Source: Octopus bimaculoides (lineage: Eukaryota). From it: a stretch of 39,161 bases of DNA. Position 1 is the stretch's first letter; each line of letters opens with the position of its first letter. Positions 22,587 to 32,550 of the stretch are shown in pieces. The notes under the pieces were generated by a model. The model did no database searches. It saw only the letters and a program-made list of their open reading frames with translations, and had not been told where the DNA came from. The position numbers and the translations under genes were made by a program. The stretch lies in NCBI RefSeq assembly GCF_001194135.2, contig NC_069005.1:32122529-32161689 (forward strand), written 5' to 3'.

Positions 22587-25500
22587 CTGGAAAAAATAAA
22601 TAAAATAAAATAAATAAATAACACTAAGCATTTCGAATTTTGGCACGGCTGGTAATTTTAGAAGAAAGTGGAATTGGTTGATTACACTAAGGACCGAAAG
22701 GATAAAAGGCAAAAGTTGACCCCTGTGGGATTTGAGCTTAGAACATAAAGGGTCAGAAAAGAGAAGTTACAAAGCATTTGAGCATAAAACAGATAATGTA
22801 TTTGAGCCAGGAATAAGATAACATAAAGGTAAAGTGTATATGTATATATTTATACATATATAAGAATATATACTTTTATGTATGTGTGTATCCCACAACT
22901 ACTTGGAAACCGGTGTCGGTGTGTTTATGTCCCCATAATTTATTGATTTGGTAAGAGACCGATAGAATAGGCACCAGGCTTTATAATAAAAAATAAGTAC
23001 TGGGGGTTGATTCATTCAACTAAAGATTCTTCAAAGTGGTGCCCCAGCATGGCCAGTCCAACGAGCGGAACAATTAAAGGATAAAAGATAAAGAATATAT
23101 AGAATTTGGAAGAAATGGTATCAAAAGCTTAAAACCAGAATGTTTGGTTAGAAAGAATTTAGATTTTCAAAAGAAAATAAAGAAAAGGTATCAACTTACT
23201 GACAAGTGGAACAAATCGGACTAAAGGAACAGAAAACTGGAAACAGAAATCAAGAGAAATTATTGAAGAATTTGGACAAAATTTCACAGAATTTGTTTGG
23301 AATTCTCTGCTTTAGAATCTTTACAACAAACATAGGTATATAATTAGATATTAATTGGTATTTCTTAAGCCTTAAATTCTTCAAATTATCTCCCCTTGTC
23401 ATTAAGAGTTGCTAACAATGACCACTAGGTTCTTGTCTTCTTTCTCCAACTAAGAGGCAAATTTTGGTTGAGTTTTTTTTTTACTTAACAATTGGTGTAT
23501 CACAGCTTAATTTAATTATCTAAATTAATGAAATTCACTCTTTTGAGTTATTTCTCTTAACTGTCTTCCACTTGGAGGAGAAGTCTTCAACACAAACACA
23601 CACACACACTTGTGTATGTTTGAGTGACACATTTCTCGAATGGAGAAATGTGTCACTCAAGAAGGACTTCAGTCTGAACAATTTTCATGGTGTTCCATAC
23701 TTAGATGCTTTTCTTAAATTCATTCAGTCGTTAAACATAATTAAATCTTGGAATTAAATGGTTTTCATTTACTGTCAGGAGACTTTTGGCCAAACCTGTA
23801 CAATGCTTATTTCTTCACCTTGTTTTGAATTAATTTGGCTGCTGTTATTTATTTATTTTTTTTTTACTTACTTGACAGACAAACGGAGCACACGTAACCA
23901 ATATCAATGAGGTTCCGGTGGCAAAAACAAGCAGCCCTGTAATCAACTTGAACCCTCGCTGGCAGAGACAGTTTATGTCTAACATGAGGATCAGGAAGAA
24001 AGACACACTAGACAAATAAAGAAACAAAAGATTATTGTAATTAATTAAATGATGTTAATGACAAAACGACAAGCCAACCAGGCTGCTCCTACATGGTCGG
24101 TCACTCCATTACTGAGTTAATGGGTGAAAAACAAAATAGGAATTTTGAAAGAAGTTTCTATAAAACTAGTTTTTAAACATCGAGTCTCTCCACGTCAAGT
24201 CACAACTTCTCAGCATTGAGAGGTCACAACGTAACAATTAGAATGTCACAGGAAAGAACTGTGAGAGAGATTCTTAAAGCTGAAAGAACCAGCAGAAAAT
24301 CTTGGGGGTAGACCAAGAAGGAGATGGTTGGATAATTACCACAGACACAATTGGTTATGCCTGGGAATCCAACAGGAAAGTATAATGGTAATTGCTTCCG
24401 GTAAGACATTATGGAGAAGGTACCTGAAGACTACTCTTTGATAGGCAGAAGACCTAGGGGTGGACCAAGAATGAGAGGGTTGGATAATGTCCTTAGTTTC
24501 ACTTGGTCAAGCTGGGAAACCCATCAGGAGAGTGTAATGACAGTTGCTTCTGATAAGACATTATGGAGAAGGTACCTGAAGACTCTATCCTTTGTCAGGC
24601 AGGAGACCTGGGGGTCGACCAAGAATGAGAGGGTTGGATAATGTCCTTAGTCTGAGTTGGTTGTGGTGATGCTTGGGAATCTAGCAGGGAACTGTAATGG
24701 CATTTGCTTCTGATAGGACCCAATGAAAGCAGTGTCTAGGGATTTCCCCTCATGGCCCTTCCAGGAATAGTCAGTGGAGAAGATGGATGGTTATAAATTA
24801 ATTAAATATTATGCGAGTGGTTGACATACCAGTAGATACTGTAAGATGCCGGAGACTGTGGGTAACTTGAGGTAGGTGCCACCAGTAATATCACATGCCT
24901 GTGAATAAAGAATAGAAGAGAGAGAGAGATTTGAGAATTAAAACATGTATGGATGCACACGATATATGGAAGAACATTACAATCACCACAATGCACATAC
25001 ACACTCACACACATAGGTGGGGAGAGAGAAATACATACACACACACATGCGCATTGCATGCATATATACAATACACACATCGTTGCTATTATGTTAAACA
25101 GTCGTGTCCGAATTCGGCCAAATGTGTTTTTTTCAATATTTAATAGCCAGTTCTTTTGGTCAAACTATCGTATCTCCAGCTGCTTCAGATGCCAAGATAT
25201 TAAAGATTGTCAACGTGTAGTATAACGGTTTAGCATTTTACAAAAGTGTAGTAAGTCCCACAAATGACAGTTTTGCTAAAATATCATCCAAGCATGGAGT
25301 CACGATTTTATGCACTCAACAAAGTATTATTGTTAAGCTGAAACTGTTGCTAATGTAAAAAGAAATGGACTTATGACACTTTTGCATAATAGCAATGATA
25401 TATATATATATATATATATTTCTATATATATACACACACACACGAGAGAGAGCAAATGAAAATGTGAGAAGTTCAACCTACCTGTTGTAGCAGACTGGAG

Positions 25501-28500
25501 TCCTCTCCCAAGATACAACTGTCTATGATGACATTCTGAAAGTATACATACAGCAGTTTTATATATGTATATATATATATATATATATATAGTTAAAATA
25601 ACATTCCAAATCCTCTACAACTGCAGCAGATGTGATGGTGGCTGTGATAATGATGAATGATGCTGACGGTGAGGGTTTGTGTTAATGATGATAATAATGT
25701 GTAGATGTTTTATTTTTTTCTTTACTAGAAATCATCCCAAGCAAGGCCCCTGGGCCACTTCTAGGCCAAGTGTTATGAGAAAGAGATGAGGTAGAATTAA
25801 CCCCCACAAAAACTCTGCATACGTTTATGTTTATATTCCTCATCTTGAACTGGTGTCGTTCATTTGCTCGACTCTCATCAGGAACTGTCAGCTCTAGCCC
25901 TCAATTTATAAACATTAAGGTCGTACGTTCTGCAGGAGAACAATGAGGGGATTTATTCTGTAATTCAGCTTTTGTAGTGGTTGGAGGTGACGGCCAGAAA
26001 ATGATGGAGAGATGGTGGTAATTAAATGCAACCCCATGATGATGATGATGTGGATAACACAACTAGCACCGACAGAGACATCAATAAAAATGATAACAAT
26101 CATCATCATCATCATCGTTTAACGTCCGCTTTCCATGCTGGCATGGGTTGGACGATTTGACTGGGGACTGGTGAACCAGAAGGCTGCACCAGGCTCCAAC
26201 CTGAGCTGGCAGAGCTTCTACAGTTGGATGCCCTTCCTAACGCCAACCACTCCGAGAGTGTAGTGGGTGCTTTTTACGTGCCACCGGCATGAGGGCCAGT
26301 CACACGGTACTGGCAACGGCCATGCTCAAAAAGGTGCTTTTTACGTGCCACCTGCATGGGAGCCAGTCCAGCGGCACTGGCAACGACCTCACTCGAATGA
26401 TTTTCTAACGTGCCACCAGCAGAAGTGCTAGAAGGCGATGCTGGTAATGATTACACTCAAATGGTGCTGATTATGATAATACTAGAGATGATGACAGATG
26501 CATACCACAAGTGTGGGACAAGGACTCCCCCCCCCCCACCAAAAAAAAAAACACAAACTCACCTGTTTCTGAGCAGAGAAAACAGTATTCATAAAGTTCA
26601 TATATTGGGCTGGGTTATCCTGAGATCCTTTCATTATCTAATTTAGACAGAAAAATAATATTTAGAAAATTTCAATGACCTCAAATAATAAATATTTCAT
26701 GTTTTGGTAAAAAGTTGGCAAATTTCAGGGGAAGGAGGAAGGGGTCAGTTGATAACCTCTACCTCAATATGTCACTGGTACTTTATTCAACCCTTTAGTA
26801 TTTAAACCAGCCCAAATATCCTATCATAAGTTCATAGTGACCAGATCTGGCTTCTCTCACCAACCCTGCAATGTCATTCTGAAACTAAACAATCACCTCA
26901 TCAAAATCTCAAATCTTTGAGATAACGCTTGATTAATTCAAAACAAATGCGAATGAATAAGGTCAAGGTCATTTACATTTGATTAGAGCACTGTGCTGAT
27001 AATTACAGAGTTAAGAAAGTCGTTTTTTAAAGACTCACCATGATCCGACTGGAAAGTTTGTCACCAAGATGAAGCTCCTTCTCCATTCGGTTGATGACTT
27101 TTTCCAGGAAGATTAAATTAAGGGAAAAATACACGTTTTCTTAGTCTTTTACTTGTTTCAGTCATTTGACTGCAGCCATGCTGGAGCACCGCCTTTAGTC
27201 GAGCAAATCAACCTCAGGACATATTCTTTGTAAGCCTAGTACTTATTCTATCGGTCGCTTTTGCCGAACCGCTAAGTTACGGGGATGTAAACACACCGGC
27301 ATCGGTTGTCAAGCGATGGTGGAGGGGACAAACACAGACACACAAGCATACACACACACACACAAACATATATATACACACACCATATATATATATACAC
27401 ACACCAAATATATATACACACACACGCACAAGCATATATACACACACACACACACAAACATATATACATGATGGGCTTCTTTCAGTTTCTGTCTGATTAC
27501 ATTGACCCCCAGTGTTCAACTGGTATTTAATTTATCGACCCCGAAAGGATGAAAGGCAAAGTCAACTTTAGCGGAATTTGAACTCAGAACTTAACGACAC
27601 GTGAAATACCGCTAAGCATTTCGTCCAGCGTGCTAACAACCCTGCCAGCCCACCACCTTAATAGTGATAATAATAATAATAACACGAAGTGGAAAGGATA
27701 CAGCAAAGTGCCATGCCGATGGAACCAGCGACTACAGAGTCAGAATAAAGTTGGCCAACCTCTTCTGAAAGAAAGAATAAAAATAAGTTTAGTATTCATA
27801 ATGTTGTTGTTGTTGTTGGTGGTGTTAGTTGGATAATCTGTTGTTTCTACTTTCTACTTATAAATGTTTAACATTTATCTATAATAATAAACATGAAATT
27901 TTGTCTGTCTGTCTGTCTGTCCGTCCAGGACCCCTATATCTCAGTCAACATAGACATATACCTTTTTGGAATCAGGATGATCCCAGGGTTCAAAATTTGC
28001 CCTTCATTTGGTTCTTGAACATCCAACATTGGGATCAGGTCTGGATGAGTATCTGTTACATGCTAACAGTTGAAAAATCAAATTTAAAAAAGAAACTCCA
28101 AAAATTTGTGAACTTACAAGTTTTTCATTTAAAGTAAAATCATATTGGTAGGGGACCAATAAGTGCTTTATTATTATTGCTGACTAGTTTTGGGGCGACA
28201 GGCTCATTTAGCCCTCTGCAGGAGCTAACTTGTAAGTTTGCATCAAGTGCAGCTTTTAAGCTAGGAATCAAACAAGATTCTGAAAACCTCCAGGAGACTT
28301 GATGCTAGCAAAAGGATGTCTAAAGAACAGCATCAGGCAATGTTGATACGGTTGGTATGCATGGACGACTACTGGTCTTCCATAAACAACCCTGCCCAGA
28401 TTCGTGCCTCAAAGGGAAACTTTCTAGGTGCAATCTCATGGTCATTCAACGACTGAAGAAGGGTCTTTTTTTTTTTTAATGTGTTTATCATATAAAAATT

Positions 28501-31500
28501 GATATGTGACGATCTATGAAATTCAGAAGCAATTTTTCCATTCCTTTAGGTAACATATTAGCAAGATCAGGTTATGGACTGCTCTGAACGCTTACCATTT
28601 CCTATAACCAAAGTCAAATTTTGGCTGGTTTCAATGCCAAAAGGAGAAAACACAGGAAAGCCATGGGTAGCCTCTTGACAAATGCACTTGCCAGGGGCAG
28701 TAGGAGTGAAGGGTTACAAGCCATTGATCCTTTAAGTCTGTAACTTTACTGCCCTATCAACTTTTTTTTTTAAATGTTCAGAATTGGAATTCAAGACCTT
28801 AATATCTTGTGGCAGAGATTAATTTGTACACTTTGGAAAATTTTAAAAATAAATAAATAAATTCCAGGGGAGATAATTTTGCTAATGCACTAATGTCGAA
28901 GTTGTGAATGAAAAGATCTAAAACTATTGGTGAAAGTAAAAAATATGTACGCTTGGCTACAAGACAATGCATGACTAACTCATATCGATGTGAATAAACA
29001 AGCATTACAATCAACAGAATAATCTGAATGCCAAATGGTTAAACATACGGTCAACCATAAGATTCTTTAACTGTTCAGTTATTTGATCATCAACCTGGGC
29101 AAAAAGTTCGTAACGGCCGTCGTTTAATGGTCGAGGAGTAACATTAGCAACTGTGGTGGTGCCGTTCTCTTCGTTCACCTCATTGGTTACCACTTTTGGT
29201 TCCTCTTCTTTGCCCTTTGGGTACAGGAAGTAGCTGAAAGAAAACAATCTTTATAAATACATGTATGCAAGCACACACACATATATATATAAATACATAC
29301 ATGTAAATATACACTCTCTGACCAAATTTTAGTCGGTTGAGTCAAGAAATGGCTTTTTGCTTTGGAACAGATGCTTTGAAATGTTTAATTCTTACATATA
29401 TTCCCCCTGATGAATATGGTTTTTCTGCATGATGTAATAATTCTATTCATCAATAAAAAACACATCTGAAACAGCTGTAGTGAACAACAATCCATCTGCT
29501 GTTATTTGCTTATAAATATACATATACATATATATGTGTGTGTGTGTGTGTGTGTTTGGTCATGAGTGTGGAGGTCACTGTGTTATAAGCATTATATAAT
29601 GCACATGACAATATCATTCTTGTCATCCATGTTTTGAAACAATTGTAAACCACAAAATAACTTTAATACCAGCTGCTCCATTCTTCTTTTATTATCTATG
29701 TATGTGTATGACATTGTCTGCTCAATGCAGAGCTTGATCACCCATTCTAGCACGAGATCTTATGTGGCTTTTTAGATCAGACATACTTTTAAAAATATGT
29801 CCACATAAATTGCACACAAATTTTGGTGCAACTTAAAAGTGGTGTCTGATCTTGATGAACCTTGAAATGGTTCCTCAGATTCTTCAGATCTCTTTGAGAT
29901 TGGTAAGGGAAACAGATAGTGGGTGCTAGAACATACCTATGTTCCTTTAAGCACTCCCCACACCTAATGCTCTTAAAAACCCATCCCCCCTTATCACTCT
30001 TCTAACTATGGCATTACTCTGCTGCTGCAATTACTTGAGAGCAGAATTGGCACATATTCACCCCCCAACTTCTTTTTGTATTACCAGCTGCCCCCCTTCT
30101 GCCCTATTAACAGTCATCCCCTCCCACACTTTTGTTCACTGTTCACTGATTTTTAGTTATCTCTGAGCTAGACCGTTCTTGGGAAAATGAGCCAAAGTAA
30201 TAAAAGACAGAATGACATCCAAACCAACCTTTTGTTGCTGTGTGCTGCGATGATGGCTAATTTGTTGGCTGGTTTCATCATGAGATGGGAGTTGACAAAA
30301 ACCAACATGCTGTCTAAATACCGGAATATGTTAAACTGTAATGAAACAAAAACATAATTAATTAATTACCAAAAGCATTTGCCAATCCCCGCGACTCTAA
30401 TTTGTTATTTCATTGATAATCATCATCATCATCATTTAGCATCTGCTTTCCATGCTGGCATGTGTTGGACAATTTGACTGACACTGGTAAACTGCACCAG
30501 GTTCCAGTCTGATTTGATCATGGCTTCTACAGCTGGATTTTACACTGACTGAAGAGATTAAGTCTATTAGCTGAAATAAACTAAGGTATAAGAAAGCCAG
30601 TCTTTTTCTCACCTGTGAGTTTTCTTCAAGAAAACACTGACCCCACCATACTGGGTTGGTATCAATAATGACAACCAACAAACTGCATTCAATTTCTATA
30701 AGAAAAAAAGGGAAAAGAAATAGAGTGGCCATTAAAAGAGTGAATGAGAAAGAGAGATGATAAAACAAATTCACATCATAAGATACTGAAGAGGTGTAGA
30801 GACATTCATACACACACATATAGATAGGCAGACTATATACACACGGTCGAAAATTATTGAAGACGCCTGTCCTAAGTGCCACACCATGAAATGAAACCCG
30901 GAAACATGGTTGGGAAGCGAATTTCCTAACCACACAGCCGTACCTCACAAAATAATCTATGAATTTGTAAAATTTTAAAATTCGTTTTGTATTATTATTC
31001 TCAATAAAGATATATAAGAATTGGATGAGATATGACGGCTCGGCCATCTCTCCCCAGTCCTTATATTAATCATTAAATCCAGAAATACAACAACAAGAGG
31101 GATAACGGTAACAACAGACCAATACTTTATTCTAGGTTGGTGTAGAGCCGTTTCGTTCCTGGGTGAATAGGCATGCCGCTAGAATACCAAAGGAAGCTTC
31201 GACCACATGTCGGGGTCGAGTTGGGACAGCCTGAAAGAACGTCCTGTCTCCACAGCTGCTGGATGGATAAGAGATCGAACGCTATTGCTTTCTCTCCACC
31301 TGTTGCATTGCGCATGCGTGCTCGGGTACTTCCGCTGACGGCAAGTCCTTGCACATGCGCAATGGCACTTCCCAAGATAGCGGCCACACGCGCCACTACA
31401 GATACAACTCCACACATTCTTGCACACACTTTGCTCCATGCCACTAACGGTTTCACGTTCCTACTTTAAACATATCACAAGTTCGCAAATTTAAAAGAAC

Positions 31501-32284
31501 ACAAACATTGAAATCAATGCAGTATTTGAGTGGTTCTTATTGATTCCAAGGGGCCAGGACCATATTCCAAACCGAATGCAAATTGTCCTATCAGAATTGC
31601 TCGAGGTACAGTCCCCATTGCCAAGTTCTTCTAAGAAGTCTCAAATCTCGAGACAATTCTTTCAACCATATCCTCCAGCAGTAACAGTAAACTTTGTGCT
31701 TAAAGTAAGACTTCAACACTTACTTGTGTCCCACCCCAAGATTTTTCTTAGTTAAGATCTCGTTTATTGTCTTTTACCAATTCAGAGCGAAAGGTCGCCA
31801 ATGGCAGCAATGTACTAGGATAAATTAATTCCCATCAACTCTATTTATCTCCTTACAAAATGTTCCCTGTTTCTAAATGGATTGACAAATATTCATTAGC
31901 GAGTCCGATTATTTAAGATGCCATTTTTAATTACAGTCCTTTATATTCCGAGTTCAAATCCAACCGGTGTTAACCTTACCTTCTTCCCTCCAGGGACGAT
32001 AAAATAAAGTACAGGGATCGCTTTAATATTCATATAAAGTATCCTAGATCAAAGTAAAATTATAACATGCAAAAAGATAAAAGGCAGAAGAATTTGTAAG
32101 CGCTGTAAGTCAACAAAAGTGTTCCTCAATGAGTTAACCTCTTTTAATTAACAACGCTAATTACGAAATGTAAAATTTAAACGAGATCTTTGTTTGGTTT
32201 TTCCATGAATAAAATACCAAATTCTTTTAATCAGTTTTAATAATTACGATAGGGAAGTTAAATAAACAACTTACCGCTGGGCAT
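22520..32284 (-). CDS. GTF2H3: General transcription factor IIH subunit 3 (p34/Tfb4), complete, 12 coding exons, 314 aa
   Basis: Exons 32284-32275, 30695-30613, 30335-30229, 29233-29049, 27764-27702, 27097-27039, 26637-26563, 25535-25482, 24898-24830, 24007-23872, 23236-23200 and 22586-22520 sum to 945 nt with consistent phases. vWA motifs [20 protein letters not shown] and ACDITGG; C-terminal zinc finger CFCH..CSVCLSIFC..PICSTC. Confidence 0.96.
23200..23236 (-). CDS. GTF2H3: GTF2H3 exon 11
   Basis: [11 protein letters not shown]; AG/GTAAGT flanks. Confidence 0.94.
23872..24007 (-). CDS. GTF2H3: GTF2H3 exon 10
   Basis: CVFLPDP...[25 protein letters not shown]. Confidence 0.96.
24220..24780 (+). 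mobile_element. RTE-clade LINE 3' fragment with its terminal ~153 bp triplicated
   Basis: [24 protein letters not shown] and [15 protein letters not shown]...[13 protein letters not shown]. The CCAAGAA..GGTTGGATAAT motif recurs at 24313, 24465 and 24619. Confidence 0.75.
24830..24898 (-). CDS. GTF2H3: GTF2H3 exon 9
   Basis: [23 protein letters not shown]. Confidence 0.95.
25482..25535 (-). CDS. GTF2H3: GTF2H3 exon 8
   Basis: [18 protein letters not shown]. Confidence 0.94.
26110..26400 (-). mobile_element. Interspersed repeat with (ATG)n tail (RTE-like tail)
   Basis: CCAACCCATGCCAGCATGGAAAGCGGACGTTAAA followed by (ATG)n on the - strand; the same tail occurs near 6900, 30440 and 38660. Confidence 0.7.
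26563..26637 (-). CDS. GTF2H3: GTF2H3 exon 7
   Basis: [25 protein letters not shown]. Confidence 0.94.
27039..27097 (-). CDS. GTF2H3: GTF2H3 exon 6
   Basis: [19 protein letters not shown]; GTGAGT donor. Confidence 0.9.
27098..27701 (-). other. U12-type (minor spliceosome) GT-AG intron, GTF2H3 intron 5
   Basis: Donor GTATCCTTT; branch-like TTCCCTTAAT at 27126-27117; the acceptor GGAAAAAG has no adjacent polypyrimidine tract. Confidence 0.88.
27140..27660 (-). mobile_element. Two adjacent SINE copies inside the U12 intron
   Basis: 27140-27490 matches the 3' half of the composite SINE; 27500-27660 matches the 3085-type SINE. Confidence 0.75.
27702..27764 (-). CDS. GTF2H3: GTF2H3 exon 5
   Basis: [20 protein letters not shown]; followed by the U12 donor GTATCCTTT. 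Confidence 0.92.
29049..29233 (-). CDS. GTF2H3: GTF2H3 exon 4
   Basis: YFLYP...[24 protein letters not shown]; GTATGT donor. Confidence 0.92.
30229..30335 (-). CDS. GTF2H3: GTF2H3 exon 3
   Basis: [35 protein letters not shown]; AG/GT flanks. Confidence 0.94.
30613..30695 (-). CDS. GTF2H3: GTF2H3 exon 2
   Basis: [27 protein letters not shown]; AG/GT flanks. Confidence 0.93.
31033..31400 (-). mobile_element. Candidate solo LTR in GTF2H3 intron 1
   Basis: A 368-bp GC/CpG-rich island bounded by TG...CA, flanked by GATA at 31029-31032 and 31401-31404 (4-bp TSD). AATAAA on the - strand at 31131-31126. Confidence 0.6.
32275..32284 (-). CDS. GTF2H3: GTF2H3 exon 1 (coding part)
   Basis: ATG CCC AGC G|GTAAGT; the phase fits exon 2. 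Confidence 0.8.
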
Positions 32285-32534
32285 TCTTGCAGGAAATCCC
32301 GCCGTGCTTTCTGGTCAGGACTTCACAACAGAAATGTACACAAGAAGCGGCGTGGGAATGAAGTTAAGTAGACACCGATTGTAACACGGCCGCTGATTGG
32401 TTAGTATTAGCATATTCATCCAATAGCAACAAATGTTACGGAATCTTTTGGCTGTATGTCATTTTAATTTATTTATTTATGTTCCCGTGTCTCTTCATTG
32501 AAGTCAGTCGTGGAACTTTTTCTCTTGTTGCACA
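32285..32534. promoter_or_regulatory. Bidirectional promoter shared by GTF2H3 and EIF2B1
   Basis: Only 250 nt separate the divergent ATGs. Oppositely oriented CCAAT boxes (ATTGG 32396-32400, CCAAT 32420-32424) and local CpG enrichment. Confidence 0.8.
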
Positions 32535-32550
32535 ATGAAGACCAAAGAAG
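32535..32550 (+). CDS. EIF2B1: EIF2B1 exon 1 (coding part)
   Basis: ATG AAG ACC AAA GAA G|GTAATG, a short phase-1 first exon as in orthologues. Confidence 0.7.

Noticed and set aside
28590-28740. AG...GTAAG-bounded segment in GTF2H3 intron 4
   Set aside because: All frames stop or lack similarity, and exon 4 joins exon 5 in frame without it.
30436-31047. 203-aa ORF as a single-exon gene
   Set aside because: Only 30613-30695 is real (GTF2H3 exon 2). The rest is intron, repeat and the edge of the LTR candidate.
31127-31469. Overlapping GC-rich ORFs of 86-109 aa
   Set aside because: They are explained by low stop-codon frequency in the GC-rich LTR candidate, and I recognise no motifs.
31480-31750. 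Minus-strand frame with three in-frame TGA and a UxxC-like motif (selenoprotein idea)
   Set aside because: No start or splice support, no SECIS seen, and it lies in an intron. Such frames are expected by chance.
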